This document shows, piece after piece, positions 30,426 to 44,700 of a DNA stretch of 64,000 bases (position 1 is its first letter; each line of letters opens with the position of its first letter). The notes beneath the pieces were generated by a model. That model saw only the letters and a list, made by a program, of their open reading frames with translations, was not told the DNA's origin and searched no databases. The DNA is taken from the NCBI RefSeq assembly GCF_009914755.1, contig NC_060948.1; one strand, written 5' to 3'. Source of the DNA: the human T2T-CHM13v2.0 reference genome, Homo sapiens. The translations under genes were made by a program, and so were the position numbers.

Positions 30426-32229
30426 TGCTTCTCGAAATTTAATTTGTTTCTTATTATTCTTCTAAATTACACACAAAATGGCATTGAAATGAACAAAACT
30501 TTCATTCTTCATATGTACTTCAACAAGCCTCAACTTTTAGAACACCCTGCTGCTATGGAGACCGTGGTTTATTTATTAACATGGCTTTAATCTGCCCGGA
30601 AGGGTCAAAATAATAATAATCCTTAGCTTGATTTACATTGGAGCCTACATTAAGTTTCAAATGGTTTTATTTCAAGCTTTGTGAAGAGTGTTAGAACTTT
30701 TGTGGTCCCCAAGTATTGCCCATACAAGGAGGAGATTAGTGTAACCCAATTCATCCCATCACTGGGTTTGAACAAAACATTACTACAAACATAGTATTTG
30801 TGATAGTAGAACTCCATAAAAATTAAGTAAATGCAAGACATAAAATTATCAAATCCAATGGTAGTAAAGCCAAATCCATTCCATGATTTCAAGGGAGAGT
30901 GAAGACCAGGCTTATATTTCCAAATGAGTCCACAGATATTGTATATTATAGCAGAAATTGTTTCAGGTAGGATATCTATTATAGCATAGTTTTCTTACTG
31001 AAACCAGTATGATTCCCTAACCTGAATTATACCTTATAGATGTCTTGACCATAAGAAATGGTACTAACTATCCTCAAAAGTACACTTTAGCTTTCTGAAA
31101 CATTTTAAAGCAACTCTATCATTTTGATGCTTGGAAAGCAATGCTGGAGTTTGAAAGGGTTCACATTATTCTGAACACTAAGGAAAAGTTTTCTCATGAC
31201 TCCATGGCAAGTTTAATCCTCTGGTGTATGTCTAGGGTCACTTGTTAGCTTTAAATTTTATTTGCTCATGTTTTCTTTGAGCTGTATCCTTGGCATGATT
31301 AAGGATTTTGGGAACATTCATTTTTATGCAGTTTTTCTAATACAATAGTAATTAATGAAGAAACGTATATTTGTTTGTTTATTAGCTTGTTTTGACACTT
31401 ATCTGGGAATTGGTTTCCTTTTTTAACAATGTAGTATTTAGATTCTCTTATTTCATTCGAGGGAATTTTCTTCTTAGGATAGGGTGACAAGGAAAATATC
31501 AGTAGTTTATAGATTTTTTAAATGAAGAAAACACTAGTTCTAATTAACAAGAAGAGGAAATAAGTAATCTTTTCATAGTTAATCCATCTTCCCACAGGAA
31601 TGCAAAAGATGTAATGAATTAACTGATTTTAACTTGCAGTCTTCCATTTAATGCTGCAGGTGCACCAGAGTATATAAAATTTTCCACGTTCAACATAAAG
31701 AAGTAGAAGATATTGAATTTGAGAGGTTCTTGTTGTTATTTTTATTACTACTGCCTGAAGATGACATATATTAATGGAGGCTCCTTCGTAAGTGACAAAT
31801 ATGTTTATTATGAAAGGTAATGGGCAGACACTCATCACATAGTTTTACCAGAAATGAAGATTAAAATCTACATGGAGAAATAGTAGACATTATTATCAAT
31901 GTGAACATTCATATGAAAAATTAATTGCAATGCCTTTATAATGAGTCCCACGGAAGTCTTTCCATGTTTCCTGAGTAGCATTCCCAGAGAATTTCAGCCC
32001 TGGTGGCCTGGTACTAACAATTCACTTGCAAGTGATACTGTGTTAACTGACCTGTACTCTGCAAAGATGTCTGGTGGCAGCACAACAGCACTGCAGAAAT
32101 AAGAGGTTAAGGAATGTACATAAAATTAAACAAAATTGTAGGTGCTTCAAAAAATGAATGAGTCCTTGCATCACAGATGAATCCAATATTTCTGCATGTC
32201 TTGTTTCAAGAAGCATGAAGCAAAGTGGC

Positions 32230-32456
32230 AAAAAACTTGAATACACATTTCAGCAAAGAGGATATAATATCTAGATGTCCAATCAGCACTTGAAAAGATG
32301 TTCAACATCACTGATCCTGACCGTAATGCAAATCAAATCCACAGTGAGATGCCACTTTACACCCTGTTATCAAAACACATACATAGAAAATAACCAGTGT
32401 TTGTGAGGATCTAGATAAACTAGAACCATGTGCATTGCTGTAAGAAATGTAAAATT
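32230..32456 (+). mobile_element. Ancient L1M ORF2 3' fragment
   Basis: gaaaagatgttcaacatcactg...aatgcaaatcaaatccacagtgagatgccactt. Confidence 0.75.
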
Positions 32457-33100
32457 GATACAGACAGGAGGCAGGGAAATACTGGGTAGAAAAGGGTGGG
32501 TCCCACCCTCAAATCTGGAAACGCATGGCCCTAAATGGGAACAGTCATTCCTGTTTTTGCTCCCAAATATTGCATTTCCCAAGATCACTCAGGCCTACCA
32601 TGCCCTTATTTTGTGCCCATATAAACCCCAAGCTCCATGAGCAGAGGAACAGAAGAGCAGCAGAACAGCACAGCAGCACAGCAGAGAAGGAGAGAAGAGA
32701 AGAGCAACTGAATGTCAAGAGGAAATGAACTGGGGACAGTCAGAGAGGAGACTGGCCACCAGACAGCAGAACTCCAGGAGATGTTCATCCTCCCACTCCA
32801 TCCCCTTTCCAGCTACCCATGCATCCTGCTAAAAGCCACCTCTATCACTGAATAAAATCCCTGCATTTACCATCCTTTAACCACATTATTCCTGGATGCT
32901 AGACAAGGACTCGGATACCAAGATGGCAGGATGTAAAAGGCTGCCAGCTCAGGCTGGTTTAACACTTAGCTATCCATAGAAGGCAACTGCTAAAAGAGCA
33001 TTAATTATAACACACCCTTAGATGCTACTGTGGAGCTTGAGCCCAAATATGCTCACTCCAGCTCCTGCACCTACCCATCTGTGTGCTTCCACTCCTGGAA
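32456..33100 (+). mobile_element. MER50-like (ERV1) LTR, 3' end missing
   Basis: tgatacagacaggaggcagggaaatactgggtaga...cccatataaacccc (TATA)...aataaaatccctgcatttaccatcc. Confidence 0.75.
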
Positions 33101-33220
33101 TCTAGGTTTAGCTGTTTCTTGGAGATTTTGTTTCTTTAGGAAGGCTCCTGTTTCACATAAAATATGTGTTGAGTAAATGTGTGTCCTTTCCTCTTATTAA
33201 TCTTTATTTGTTAGAGCGGT

Positions 33221-33689
33221 TGTAACCACCCAATGGGTTCACGTTGCCTGCTGCTTAGACAGAGATGATTTATCAAGACAGGGGAACCGCAATAGAGAAA
33301 GAGTTATTTATACAGAGCTGGCTGTGAAGGAGACTAGAGTTAGCTTTATTACTACTATAATTAGTCTCCCTGATAATTTGGGGAGACTTTTAAGAATAAT
33401 TTGGGGAGAATTTTAAGAATAATTTGGTGGGTAGGGGGCCAGTGAGTTGGCAGTGGTGACTGGTTGGATCAGAGATGAAATCATGGGGAGTTGAAACTGT
33501 CTTCTTGAGCTGAGTCAGTTCCTGGGTGGTGGCCACAAGATCAGTTGAGCCAATTTACTGGTCTGAAAGGTGGCAGCTGACCCATTGAGTGCAGGTTCGG
33601 CAAAACATCTCAAGTACTAATCTTAGGTTGGACAATAATGAAGTTATCCCCAGGAGCACTTTGGGGAGGTTAGAATCTTGTATCCTCCA
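33221..33689 (-). mobile_element. LTR8-like (ERV1) LTR, truncated
   Basis: tgtaaccacccaatgggttcac.ttgcctgctgc.tagacagag...gctgagtcagttcctgggtgg.ggccacaagatcag. Confidence 0.8.
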
Positions 33690-33738
33690 GGTAGGGCGCG
33701 GTGGCTCATGCCTGTAATCCAAGCACTTTGGGAGGCTG
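33690..33738 (+). mobile_element. Alu 5' stub (49 bp)
   Basis: gggcgcggtggctcatgcctgtaatccaagcactttgggaggctg followed by an abrupt switch to L1. Confidence 0.9.
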
Positions 33739-34297
33739 TGGTGTTTGGTATTCTGATCTTGTGATAATTTGATGAGAGTGATGGTTTCCAACTTCATCCA
33801 TGTCTCTGCAAAGGACATGAACTCATCCTTTTCTATGGCTGCATAGTATTCTTATCACTGATGGACATTTGGGTTGGTTCCAAGTCTTTGCTATTGCGAA
33901 CAGTACCACAATAAATATACATGTCCATGTGTCTTTATCGTAGAATGATTTATAATCCTTTGGGTATATACCCAGTAATGGGATTGCTGGGTCAAATGGT
34001 ATTTCTAGTTCTAGATCCTTGAGGAATCGCCACACTGTCTTCCACGATGGTTGAACTAACTTACACTCCCACCAACAGTGTAAAAGTGTTCCTATATTTC
34101 CACAACCTCTCCAGCATCTGTTGTTTCCTGACTTTTTAATGATCATCATTGTAACTGGCGTGAGATGGTATCTCATTGTGGTTTTCATTTGCATTTCTCT
34201 ACTGATGAGTGATGATTAACATTTTTTCATATGTCTGTTGGCTGCATAAATGTCTTGGTTTGAGAAGTGTCTGTTCATATCCTTACCCATTTTTTAA
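33739..34297 (-). mobile_element. L1PA ORF2 C-terminal fragment lacking 3'UTR and tail
   Basis: ORF 33823-34194 [14 protein letters not shown]...[18 protein letters not shown]. Confidence 0.93.
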
Positions 34298-34404
34298 GTA
34301 ATTACAGGGCTAAAAAGTCAAGAAAAAAACAGATATTCATTATCACCATTATTATTTGACAGCATTTTGCAATTTTATCCCCAAACAAAATTTTTCTCAA
34401 TCCA

Positions 34405-34570
34405 GGTCAGGCCTGATGGCTCCATACCTGTAATCCCAGCATTTTGAGAGCCCAAGGTAGGAGGATCGCCTGAGCCCAGGAGTTTAAGAACCGACTGAGC
34501 AATATGGTAAGATCCATATCTACTGACAAATATAATAAAATAGAAGAAATATCCCCATCTCTAAATCTAT
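34405..34570 (+). mobile_element. FLAM/AluJ monomer
   Basis: ggtcaggcctgatggctccatacctgtaatcccagc...ggatcgcctgagcccaggagttt. Confidence 0.8.
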
Positions 34571-35632
34571 TATGATTGAAAAAACATGATTGACAATGAT
34601 AAAGCTGACCAACTTGCTTATTCAAAACAAGGCATATGAGTTTACCTAGAAATTTCTCTCTGGATCAAAAGAACAAAAAGCAATATGCCCAGTGAAGAGT
34701 GATGATTTTCTTCTAAAATATCAGTGAGTCATGCATACTATAAAAGAAGTCTCAGAATCCCCTTTTCATAGTAGTTCTATGTTGTAGAAGTAAAATATGG
34801 AGTTATCATTTAGCCTGTGTTCCCTTGGACTGCACTGTGGTACTGATGGAGAAAGACTGGGAAGATTCCCTTTATAGCATCAGCCTAAGCATTCTTCCCT
34901 GCTCAGGGCTATCTACAACTTCTTTCTTCTTCAACAGAAAGGATAGCTTTTTCAACTTCAGTTGGAAGAAAAGAGTCAAGATAAGTGAGGCTAAGAAGAA
35001 CAAGCTGTAACAATAAGCCCCTGCACCTCTTGACTTATGTAATCCACCAAAAGGAGGAGGTACAGAGAGCAAGTAGAGGTAAACTTGAATAATGAGGCTT
35101 TCAAGATTCAGGAGGATTAACAAAACAGCATTCAGAATTTCTTTGAGTTCCATGCTACTTCTAACCTGTTATTTCCTTGGTCTACACAGTTACAGAACAA
35201 ATTATGTTTCATATATGTAAAAAGTGTGCATCTCTTTGTTTTTCTCTGTATCTCTCTGTTCTTCTCTCCTTTGGAGAGGGGAGATTTTGGCCTGAAAACA
35301 AATTAAAGATGTGAAGTCTAAATGGATTATTTCTTTAAAGTTCAGTGAAGACTGAGAAAGCAATTTTTTAATTCTACAAATTCAAGATAGTAAATAAAAT
35401 CAGTATAATAAGAACACATTGCACTGGCAGTTACAGAAAAAAAAATCCAAGGTTTTGTTTGTTTGCTTTTATGTTTTTTAACTCTATTTCTTATTGGGTA
35501 AGTTCTTAACTTTGCAGACACTCATGATAATAAGTGTCACTGTATTCATTGAGAGTCCTGTTGCAAACATTCTAAATATATTTTTACATATATAGGTATG
35601 AAAGTATATTGTGAAGAGCTGATGTTTTGGAA

Positions 35633-36586
35633 TTAGATAGACAGATTGTTAGATCAAAGATGGATAGATAGATAGATAGATAATTGACAGGATAGAGAGA
35701 TGATTAATATAGATGTTAGATAATAGATGAATGATAAAGATAGGTGATAGAGATACATGATTCCTAGATGGATGACAGTGATAGGTGATTGATAAGAGAC
35801 AGATGATAAATAGAGATAGATGATTGACAGAGAGATATAGAAGGTAGATAGTTAACAGGTGATAGATATAGATGATTGATATAAATGATAGATAAAAAGA
35901 TGATGATACATAATAGATACATACATACATGCATGCATATATACATGCATACATAGTGAAGGGGATTAGAATATGCTATCCGAAATGTGCCATTTTGGCA
36001 TAAGGATTATTTTTAGCTGAATGTACCTGATAAGCAACAGGTACAGAAAGAACTCCTGCTCTCCTTCTTAAAATCATGACATAAATTTCACTTTATAAAG
36101 TTAATGTAAATTTATATTTGTAAAGGGGTTTCTCTTCCCTATAAGTGGTTTATTAAAGTATAATAAACTGTACCAAACAATTCCTAACTACCATATATTT
36201 CTTCATCACATTCCTACAATTTGTTGCTACAAGAAGCCCAAATCCCCCCCTAACTTTTCTTTGTCTGGTCATTTCTCCACAATTCATCATCTCTTTTGAA
36301 AGTGGTAGATAAGCCCTGGGGTCTAACTGCCTCTTTCAGTTTTTAACCTCTTTTCTGTGGGGTCCCCATGCACATAAAAATGTCAGTATTAATAAAGAAA
36401 CATATGTCTTTTAAAATCTATATTTTGTCTATTTAGATCACAGGCCCTGTCGCAGAACTGAAGAGATAGATTAAAAGTCTTTTTTCCTCCCTTACCACAG
36501 ATAGGTAAGACAGATAGACAGAACAACAAGTTAGAAACAAAGAAGGATAGATACCTGATAGATTAGATAGATAGATACATAGATAC

Positions 36587-36634
<48 letters not shown>

Positions 36635-36685
36635 GGGAGAACAGTTGGATGGATGGATGGATGATTAGGCAGATAGATAGATATG
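35633..36685 (+). repeat. Degenerate GATA array split by an LTR; right part includes probable DYS510 ([TAGA]3 TACA TAGA TACA [TAGA]11 at 36564-36631)
   Basis: Units counted; flanks tttttcctcccttaccacaga and tgacaagttctgtcttctccaga match primers as I recall them (unverified). Confidence 0.8.
35957..36499 (+). mobile_element. MER34-like (ERV1) solo LTR
   Basis: tgaaggggattagaatatgctatccgaaatgtgccattttggcataaggattattt...ttttcctcccttacca. Confidence 0.75.
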
Positions 36686-37130
36686 CAAAGAAAGGTGATA
36701 AGTAAAAAGATGACAAGTTCTGTCTTCTCCAGAATGTTATTTAGAGGACTAAATAGGATAATCTATATCAATACCTATTATCATCTGCTGTATAACGTAT
36801 GTATTTTATATATAAATAAAATTTACTATTTTTTATGTTCTTCTAGATTTTTTTTCCTGACTGAACATCTTCACTTACTGAAACATTTTCTTTTTTAACA
36901 ATAAAAGTGAATTCTGTAGTGAAATTCACTACACGAAATGCAGTGAAAAAGCACTGGAAAGTAAGCTCATTTAAAAATGGTTTTTGATACTCATCTATAA
37001 ATGTAATGGTGGAGGAGCAGCTTTGAATTCCCCATAACTCTTATTAACAAAGTTGCCTTCTTCGTGGTCTGTAGTCTGCTCTTCCGCCTATAGAGTTCAG
37101 ATTCCAATCGCTATCACCTTTAAGAATACT

Positions 37131-37195
37131 GTAACTAACCTGCACAATGTGCACATGTACCCTAAAACTTAAAATATAATAATTTAAAAAAAAAA
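37131..37195 (+). mobile_element. Extremely 5'-truncated young L1 3' end (~50 nt plus tail)
   Basis: gtaactaacctgcacaatgtgcacatgtaccctaaaacttaaaatataataa plus A-tail; TSD aagaatact. Confidence 0.93.
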
Positions 37196-37205
37196 AAGAA
37201 TACTG

Positions 37206-37507
<302 letters not shown>

Positions 37508-37628
37508 TCAGTTCAACTAATCAGCCATCTCTAAGAACCCTCATGGCAAGCACTGCTGGGGTAAAAACAGGCACTAAACTTATTTGTTATTACCACCATC
37601 AGGATAAAATCCAAAAAATGAGTCCCCA

Positions 37629-37940
37629 GAGTTGGGCGTGTTGGCTCGAGCCTGTAATCCCAACATTTTGGGAGGCTGAGGCAGGTGGGTCGCTTGAATT
37701 TAAGAGTTGGAGACCAGTCTGGGAAAGACTCCATCTCTACAAAAAATTCAAAAATTAGCCAGGCATGGTGGTGTGTTCCTGTAGTCTCAGCTACTTGGGA
37801 AGCTCAGGTGGGAATATGGCATGAGCCCAGGAGGTTAAAGTTTCAATGAGCTATGATCACACAAATGCACTGCAGACTGGCTGACAGAGTGAGATCTTGA
37901 CTCAAAAAAAAAAAAAAAAAAAAAAAGAAAAGAAAAAAAA
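37629..37940 (+). mobile_element. AluJ SINE with long A tail
   Basis: Dimer with gagcccaggagg...tgagctatgatc. Confidence 0.88.
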
Positions 37941-38580
37941 GAAGCGGTGGGCAGGGCAGAAAAGTGTGGCTTGGACCACATGTTAAAATATCTGGTCCCT
38001 AGACTCTGGTTCTCTTTTGGTTTCACCATGAACTAGCAATTACTCTGGGAAAATCTCTTATACAAGCTTTGTATCTCAGTCTTCTCTGTACCAAATCGTG
38101 TTAACTTGCCCCCACTGTTATTGGGGACAGAATAAACATTAAGAAATTAAATTACAGCATGTTAAGTTTTCTAAAAGCAAGAGAGATGGAACATCAGCCT
38201 GAGGTTATATAGTGGCTCCCTATTCCTGGCTGCCTGTGTTCTATCCCAGATTACCGTTATGCACCAACTCTGGTAATTCCATCTGTTGTGCCATGCAAGG
38301 GCCACTGCAACGATGGGTTCACCCATGCTAAATTGGGCCAGTGAGTGGCAAAAAGACATTTACAGGATGTTCCTGAGAAACAAGCCAGTCATTCTCCCTT
38401 CATCAAGGTGCAAACGAGGAAGCTTCGGTTGCTGTCAGCAACTGCCTGTAGCTATGATGACACTGATGCCACAAAAGGCAATGTGAGGGGACAGCTGAGT
38501 TATTGAAACAAGCTTTTGTGAATTCCGCTTTCCACCTGGATTTAATGGTTTGAGTATGGCTGTCTGTGCTTTGTAGCCTA

Positions 38581-38940
<360 letters not shown>

Positions 38941-40197
38941 TTATTAAGCATCTGCTGCAGGACTAGAACTGAAGAGTAAAATCCATGCACAAAGCACAGT
39001 CTCTCCTCTGTGAGAGACTTTCTAAGTTTGTAAATTGATCATCAGAAAATTCCCTCCTTTGCAATTCAAACATCTCACCAAAGAGGTGAATTATTTTTCT
39101 TCTTTATTTAACAGAAATTGTACAAATTATTTTGTGTCTAATAGTTAACTGTCAAATACCTAAGTTGGTTTTATAAGTATCTTTTCTGAAAATATTTTGA
39201 TTTGTGTGTTTACTTTTTCTTTCATCTCAAGACAAGCCCACAAAGAATAAGATTTAAAAGTGTCAATCTGTATAAATGTTTGCACTATAGTCTTAATGAA
39301 ATAAACAAATTATAAGTATAGGATAATCCCATGCTTTAAATATATGTGTCATGTATACAGCTATGAACTTGTTTTGTGCAAGTATATAAATTTGGTCTTA
39401 ATTGCTTAGAAACTGAGATGTTGCAGGATTATTTGGCAATGAAATTGGGGATGTTGTACAAATCACTTGATTCTTTTTTTCCATAGAAATGAATCTAACA
39501 TTTGAAATAGCTTCCATGAAATTCTTACGCCATATCCAGAAAAAAAAATTAAAAGTACTGAGAAAATGCAATTACTTTTTTCTGTACAAACAGACATAAT
39601 TAATAATGTGAATATAATGCCAAATTAACAAATTCAAATAATTTTTCATTCACCTACTTCTTTAGAGAATCATTGCTTTTGTGCCTCTGCATTATAACTA
39701 AAAATAAACAATAGTTACCTAATTGTCTCTTGTTATGTTTATCTGTTTTTTATATTAGCAGTCTCTGAGATTCTCTCTAAAATCACTAACATATCAAGAA
39801 CCTTCAGTAGAGAAATGAGTGCTCATTAGAAATATATTGACTGCTTAGCTCTGATCATAATGCATTCAATTCTACAGATGTTACAAATTCCATAGAGTAG
39901 ATATTATGGATTAGTCAGAAGGAGCCTGTCGTTTTTGTAAATACGTATAATTTTTGTGACTAATCTAATTTGAGAACATTTCTGAAGTAAGCATACTAAA
40001 ATAAAGCATATTCCATAACTAATTGATTTAGATCAAGGAGTGGAAACTGTCATCCCCATCATTCCCCCTCTCTTAGCAAATACTTTATAATATCAATCCT
40101 ATAAAAAGCACTGCAAAAAAGTTTCCATTAACATTTAGCAATTAGTCATATTTGCAAACATATTCTCTGTTTCATTTGGATTTACAGATTTCTCATT

Positions 40198-40503
40198 GAT
40201 TTTATTTATTTATTTTTATTTTTTGACACAGGTTCTCACTCTGTCACCTAGTCTGGAGTGCCCTCATACAATCATGACTTATAATAGCTTCAGTCTTCGG
40301 GATTCAAGCAATCCTTCTGCCTCAGCCTACCAAGCATCAGGGAACACAGCTGAATGCCACCACGTCTGGCCAATTTTTGTATTTTTTATTTAGATGGGGT
40401 CCCATATTGCCCAGGCTGGTCTTATACTCCTGATATCAAGCAATTATCCTACTTTGGCCTCCTAGACAGCTGGGATTATGGGTGCGAGCCACCGTGCCTG
40501 GCC
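40198..40503 (-). mobile_element. AluJ SINE
   Basis: Antisense diverged dimer with (TTTA)n tail. Confidence 0.85.
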
Positions 40504-41093
40504 CACTTTGTTTTAAATAGCATTAGTTTATCTCTTGGTAGATATCAAGATTAATTAAATGCTTTTTGCTTATTCTACAATTAGAATTCAGAACACATTC
40601 CTTGTCTAACCAGTAGTTCTCACCTTAGAGCACATCAGAATTGTCTGAGGAGTATTTAAAAATATGGCTGGGGTCATTCCCACATAATTTAATTCTATCA
40701 CTGATGCTTCAATATGACTTGCTTGTTGACACATTTGTTTTTCTCCCTCAGTAATATGGACATTTATTCTGCAAATATCACTACATGGCTTGCATCTGCT
40801 TGCTTTCTTATTTACTAGCCATTCAGTAACTCAGTTTTCTGCTTCATTTTTCTGAAGGATACTTCATTAAGCAATATATACTCTGCTATTCAAAAATTAT
40901 TGACAAATACAACATAGGAAGCACCAGAGGCTCTCACTGAACCTTTCATGTGGGAGGCATTTTGAACATACAGAAAGAGTTTTAATCCAAACCATGCTCT
41001 GCCTATATTAGCAAATGTGCACTTCACTATTTTCCAAACTAGAAGCATGTGTAACAAATGTGTTACAGAATGATGAAGGTATAAAAGGAAGGG

Positions 41094-41353
41094 TGGATTA
41101 GTCAGGGTTTTCCAAAGAGACATAACCAATAGGATAGATGGTTGGAGAGAAAAAGAGAGAGATATTATAAGATAATAGTTGCATAGATAGATTAGATATA
41201 TGAAGTAGTGAGATGAGATAGATAGATGATAGCTAGATAGATAGATATTTAGATAGACGGACAGATAGATGATAGAAACAGATGAGATAGAAGGATAGAT
41301 GAAATAGATGAGAGAGACATAGATAAATGAGAGATGAGGTACATAGATTAGAC

Positions 41354-41402
<49 letters not shown>

Positions 41403-41587
41403 CACAGATATCTTATCTTATAAGATAGGATGGGGTGGATGTGTAGGTAGATAGATTAGATAGGTGCACACCTAGATAGATTGGATAGGTAGGTAGGCAG
41501 ATAGGATAGATAGATGAGATAGAGGGATGAATGAGATAGGTAAATCAATAAGATAGAGAGATGACATAGATAGATGATAGATTAAAT

Positions 41588-41627
<40 letters not shown>

Positions 41628-41650
41628 GTACATGTAGAGGTAGAGATGTA
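41094..41650 (+). repeat. GATA-rich array grown from an MLT2 LTR end; cores (GATA)12 at 41355-41402 and (GATA)9 at 41591-41626 (probable DYS511)
   Basis: tggattagtcagggttttccaaagagacataaccaatagga matches the MLT2 terminus; flanks gataggatggggtggatgtg and gagatgtagaaggggaattcaca match DYS511 primers as I recall them (unverified). Confidence 0.8.
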
Positions 41651-41766
41651 GAAGGGGAATTCACATTTAAGTCAAGGACTTAGATACATTTTATTCATAA
41701 GTTTTCCTTATTTTCTCAAATCTAAGGCACAACCAGAGAAACTGGACATTTTTAAAAGCTAAGTTT

Positions 41767-42097
<331 letters not shown>

Positions 42098-42962
42098 CTA
42101 GCACATACTAAATATAAAATTGTCTAATCACTCCCAATCTTCAGTTCACATTAATGATACAATCATCCATGTTATCTGACGAATTCAAGAGGAACTCAGC
42201 TGCAGCTGGAAGTAGGTAACACCCTGAAATAAGGGCAGTTGACTTTGACCCTTGCATTAAACCACTGCTTGTAAATTCACTGTAAACTATAAAACTGTAG
42301 CTCAGGAACACTTTGCTACCCTTCAACTCCATTCCCAGAGTAAAACAGAGGTGAGTCTTGAAAGCAAGCCTCATTCACTCTTCATGGACTGCATTGCTGT
42401 GACCTCTCAGGACTCACATGCCTTAAGTCACTCACCTGTTCCCATCAGTCTAGACCCAGCAGCAATGGCTGGCATCAAATGTTCAAGGAGCAACACTCTG
42501 ACACTGTCATTTTTATTAAATGCAACAAAATGGACTATTAACACCATCTGTTCGTTGTGGCAGATTTCAGACATGCCATTCCAAATAGTCTAGGAGCTGC
42601 TGATGCTGGATTTTGCAGAATAAAATCACCTTCTACTCACTCAAGCAAACAGTAGAAGCACAAAACCACTTGCCAAAACTCTGGGGTTTTTCTGTGTGTT
42701 TGTTTCACTTGTAACTATTTTTAATTATCCAATTTCCACTGAAGACATAAGAAACACTGTGTATGTCCCAGATTTCCCCCATGGCTGGAGGTTGTGACAC
42801 ACCCAAAGCATCATTGTCATAAATCTGTGTACTTTACACAGTTCATCAGTTGAAGACCAGGTCCCATGGAGAAAGGGGAAAAAAAAGTGTGGAGCTGCAC
42901 TGATCACGTAAGTAAATTCCCTTTTGTGGAAATGTCCCAACTGTGAGGAAATATCACTGAGA

Positions 42963-43625
42963 ATGTCAGGGACAAAAGAAAACATCCCCTTCGCCCTCTG
43001 AAGTTTCACTGAAAATCACTGACAAGAGGCAGATTAATAGGAGAAATGGCGCAAACATTTATTTTATAACATTTTTATGTGACATGGGAGCCTTCAGACT
43101 GAAGACCCAAAGATACGAGGGAAACTGTGCATTGTTATGCTTAGGTTCAAGCAGGTATGAACAAAATCCATGTAGAAATAGCATTGGAGGAAAAGGGCCT
43201 GATCTAAAGCAAATGGACTGAGGGTGGAAACCCCGCCAGGCCTGTCTGTGTAGATTCTTCTTGCCTCTCTCTCTGAGCAGCGCTCCTTCCTTCCGGGTGT
43301 GCTGCGAGACCCTCTCTGGAATGCGGGTCTTAGGATCTACAGTCAAACCAGGTAGATCAGAGGATTTCTTTACGGCCAGTTTTGACACTGAGAGGTGATG
43401 GAGGGTAAGTTAGAGTCCTATTTTAGATTTTATGTCTGGCTTTGGGGAAAAAGAGGCTCTGGTTTCTATGAACCACCTTGGGGAGGAAAAATTCTAGTTT
43501 TTATGAGGCCTGGAGGGAGAATAGAACTGAGAGACAGGAGGGCAGGAGAACGTGAGAAAGAAACTTTTGCTCCCGAGGCTTCTTCTGAGGCCTTCATTTT
43601 GGGATAGTGTTCTCTGAGCACAACA
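42963..43625 (-). mobile_element. MER39 (ERV1) solo LTR
   Basis: Revcomp begins tgttg.tgctcagagaacactatcccaaaatgaaggcctcagaagaagcctc, matching the MER39 start. Confidence 0.85.
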
Positions 43626-43848
43626 TTAACTAAGGAAGAGATTTAGGCTTTGTCCCTGTAGTAAACGCTAGTCCATGTGGGGCTGCACAAAGCCTTCAGT
43701 GTCAAATTCACCATACATCAGGCCACAATTTGGGTTGGAGTTGACTCATCTCTAAACTGTTCTCCACATCCACAAAATAACTGCATGCCACCTATTGGTG
43801 CAGGACTAGGGAGCCAAATTCAGAATGCAGAACCCTCAAGGAGCTTTT

Positions 43849-43946
43849 CATTGTATTGTATTGCATTGCATTGCATTGCATTGCATTGCATTGCATTGCA
43901 TTGCATTGCATTGCATTGCATTGCATTGTATTGTATTGCATTGTAT
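43849..43946 (+). repeat. (GCATT)13 flanked by GTATT units; probable Y-STR DYS588; tail of the adjacent Alu
   Basis: 13 units at 43863-43927; flanks gaatgcagaaccctcaagga and gtgtttctgtcacccaggct match primers as I recall them (unverified). Confidence 0.8.
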
Positions 43947-43950
43947 TTAT

Positions 43951-44118
43951 TATGACAGAATGTGTTTCTGTCACCCAGGCTGGAGTGCAGTGGTGTGAAC
44001 TTGGCTCACTGGGCAACTTCTGCCTGCCAGGTTCAACTGATTCTCCAGCCTCAGACTCCAGAGCAGCTGGGATTACAGGTGCTCACCACCACGCCCAGCT
44101 AATTTTTGTATTTGTATA
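43951..44118 (-). mobile_element. Alu right monomer (5'-truncated)
   Basis: tctgtcacccaggctggagtgcagtgg...cacgcccagctaatttttgtattt. Confidence 0.9.
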
Positions 44119-44129
44119 TTTGTGGACCT

Positions 44130-44180
44130 AAATAGATACAAATATAGATACATGGATACATTGATAAATGAAGATGATAG

Positions 44181-44220
<40 letters not shown>

Positions 44221-44280
44221 CAGATAGATGGATGATAGGTATAGGTAGAGCTATAGATGTAGACATATAGAAAAAGATGT
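44130..44280 (+). repeat. GATA-rich STR
   Basis: (GATA)~9 core at 44183-44220. Confidence 0.9.
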
Positions 44281-44459
44281 ATCTTATCTATTGGATATAT
44301 TTTGTTTACTCATACATTGCAAATGATTCTTCAAAACAACCTTCCTTTATTCCTCCCTTTAACACATCATTGTCACCACTCAGAGCATATATGTCCTATA
44401 TTGTCTGCCTGTTCCAGTTAATCTAGACCCAATAGGATATGTTACATATATTGCACAGG

Positions 44460-44700
44460 AGATATATAGATATATATATAGATATAGATGTAGATATATA
44501 GATATATATATAGATATAGATGTAGATATAGATATATATATAGATATAGATGTAGATATAGATATATATAGATATAGATGTAGATATAGATATATACACA
44601 CAGGTGTGTATATTTTATAAGGACATATATCCTTATATATAAAAATATATACATATAAAAATATATAGAATATATATACAAGCATATATTTTTATAAAAA
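44460..44700 (+). repeat. ~30-bp minisatellite (gatatagatatatatatagatatagatgta) x4 plus TA-rich tract
   Basis: gatgta anchor recurs about every 30 bp. Confidence 0.88.
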
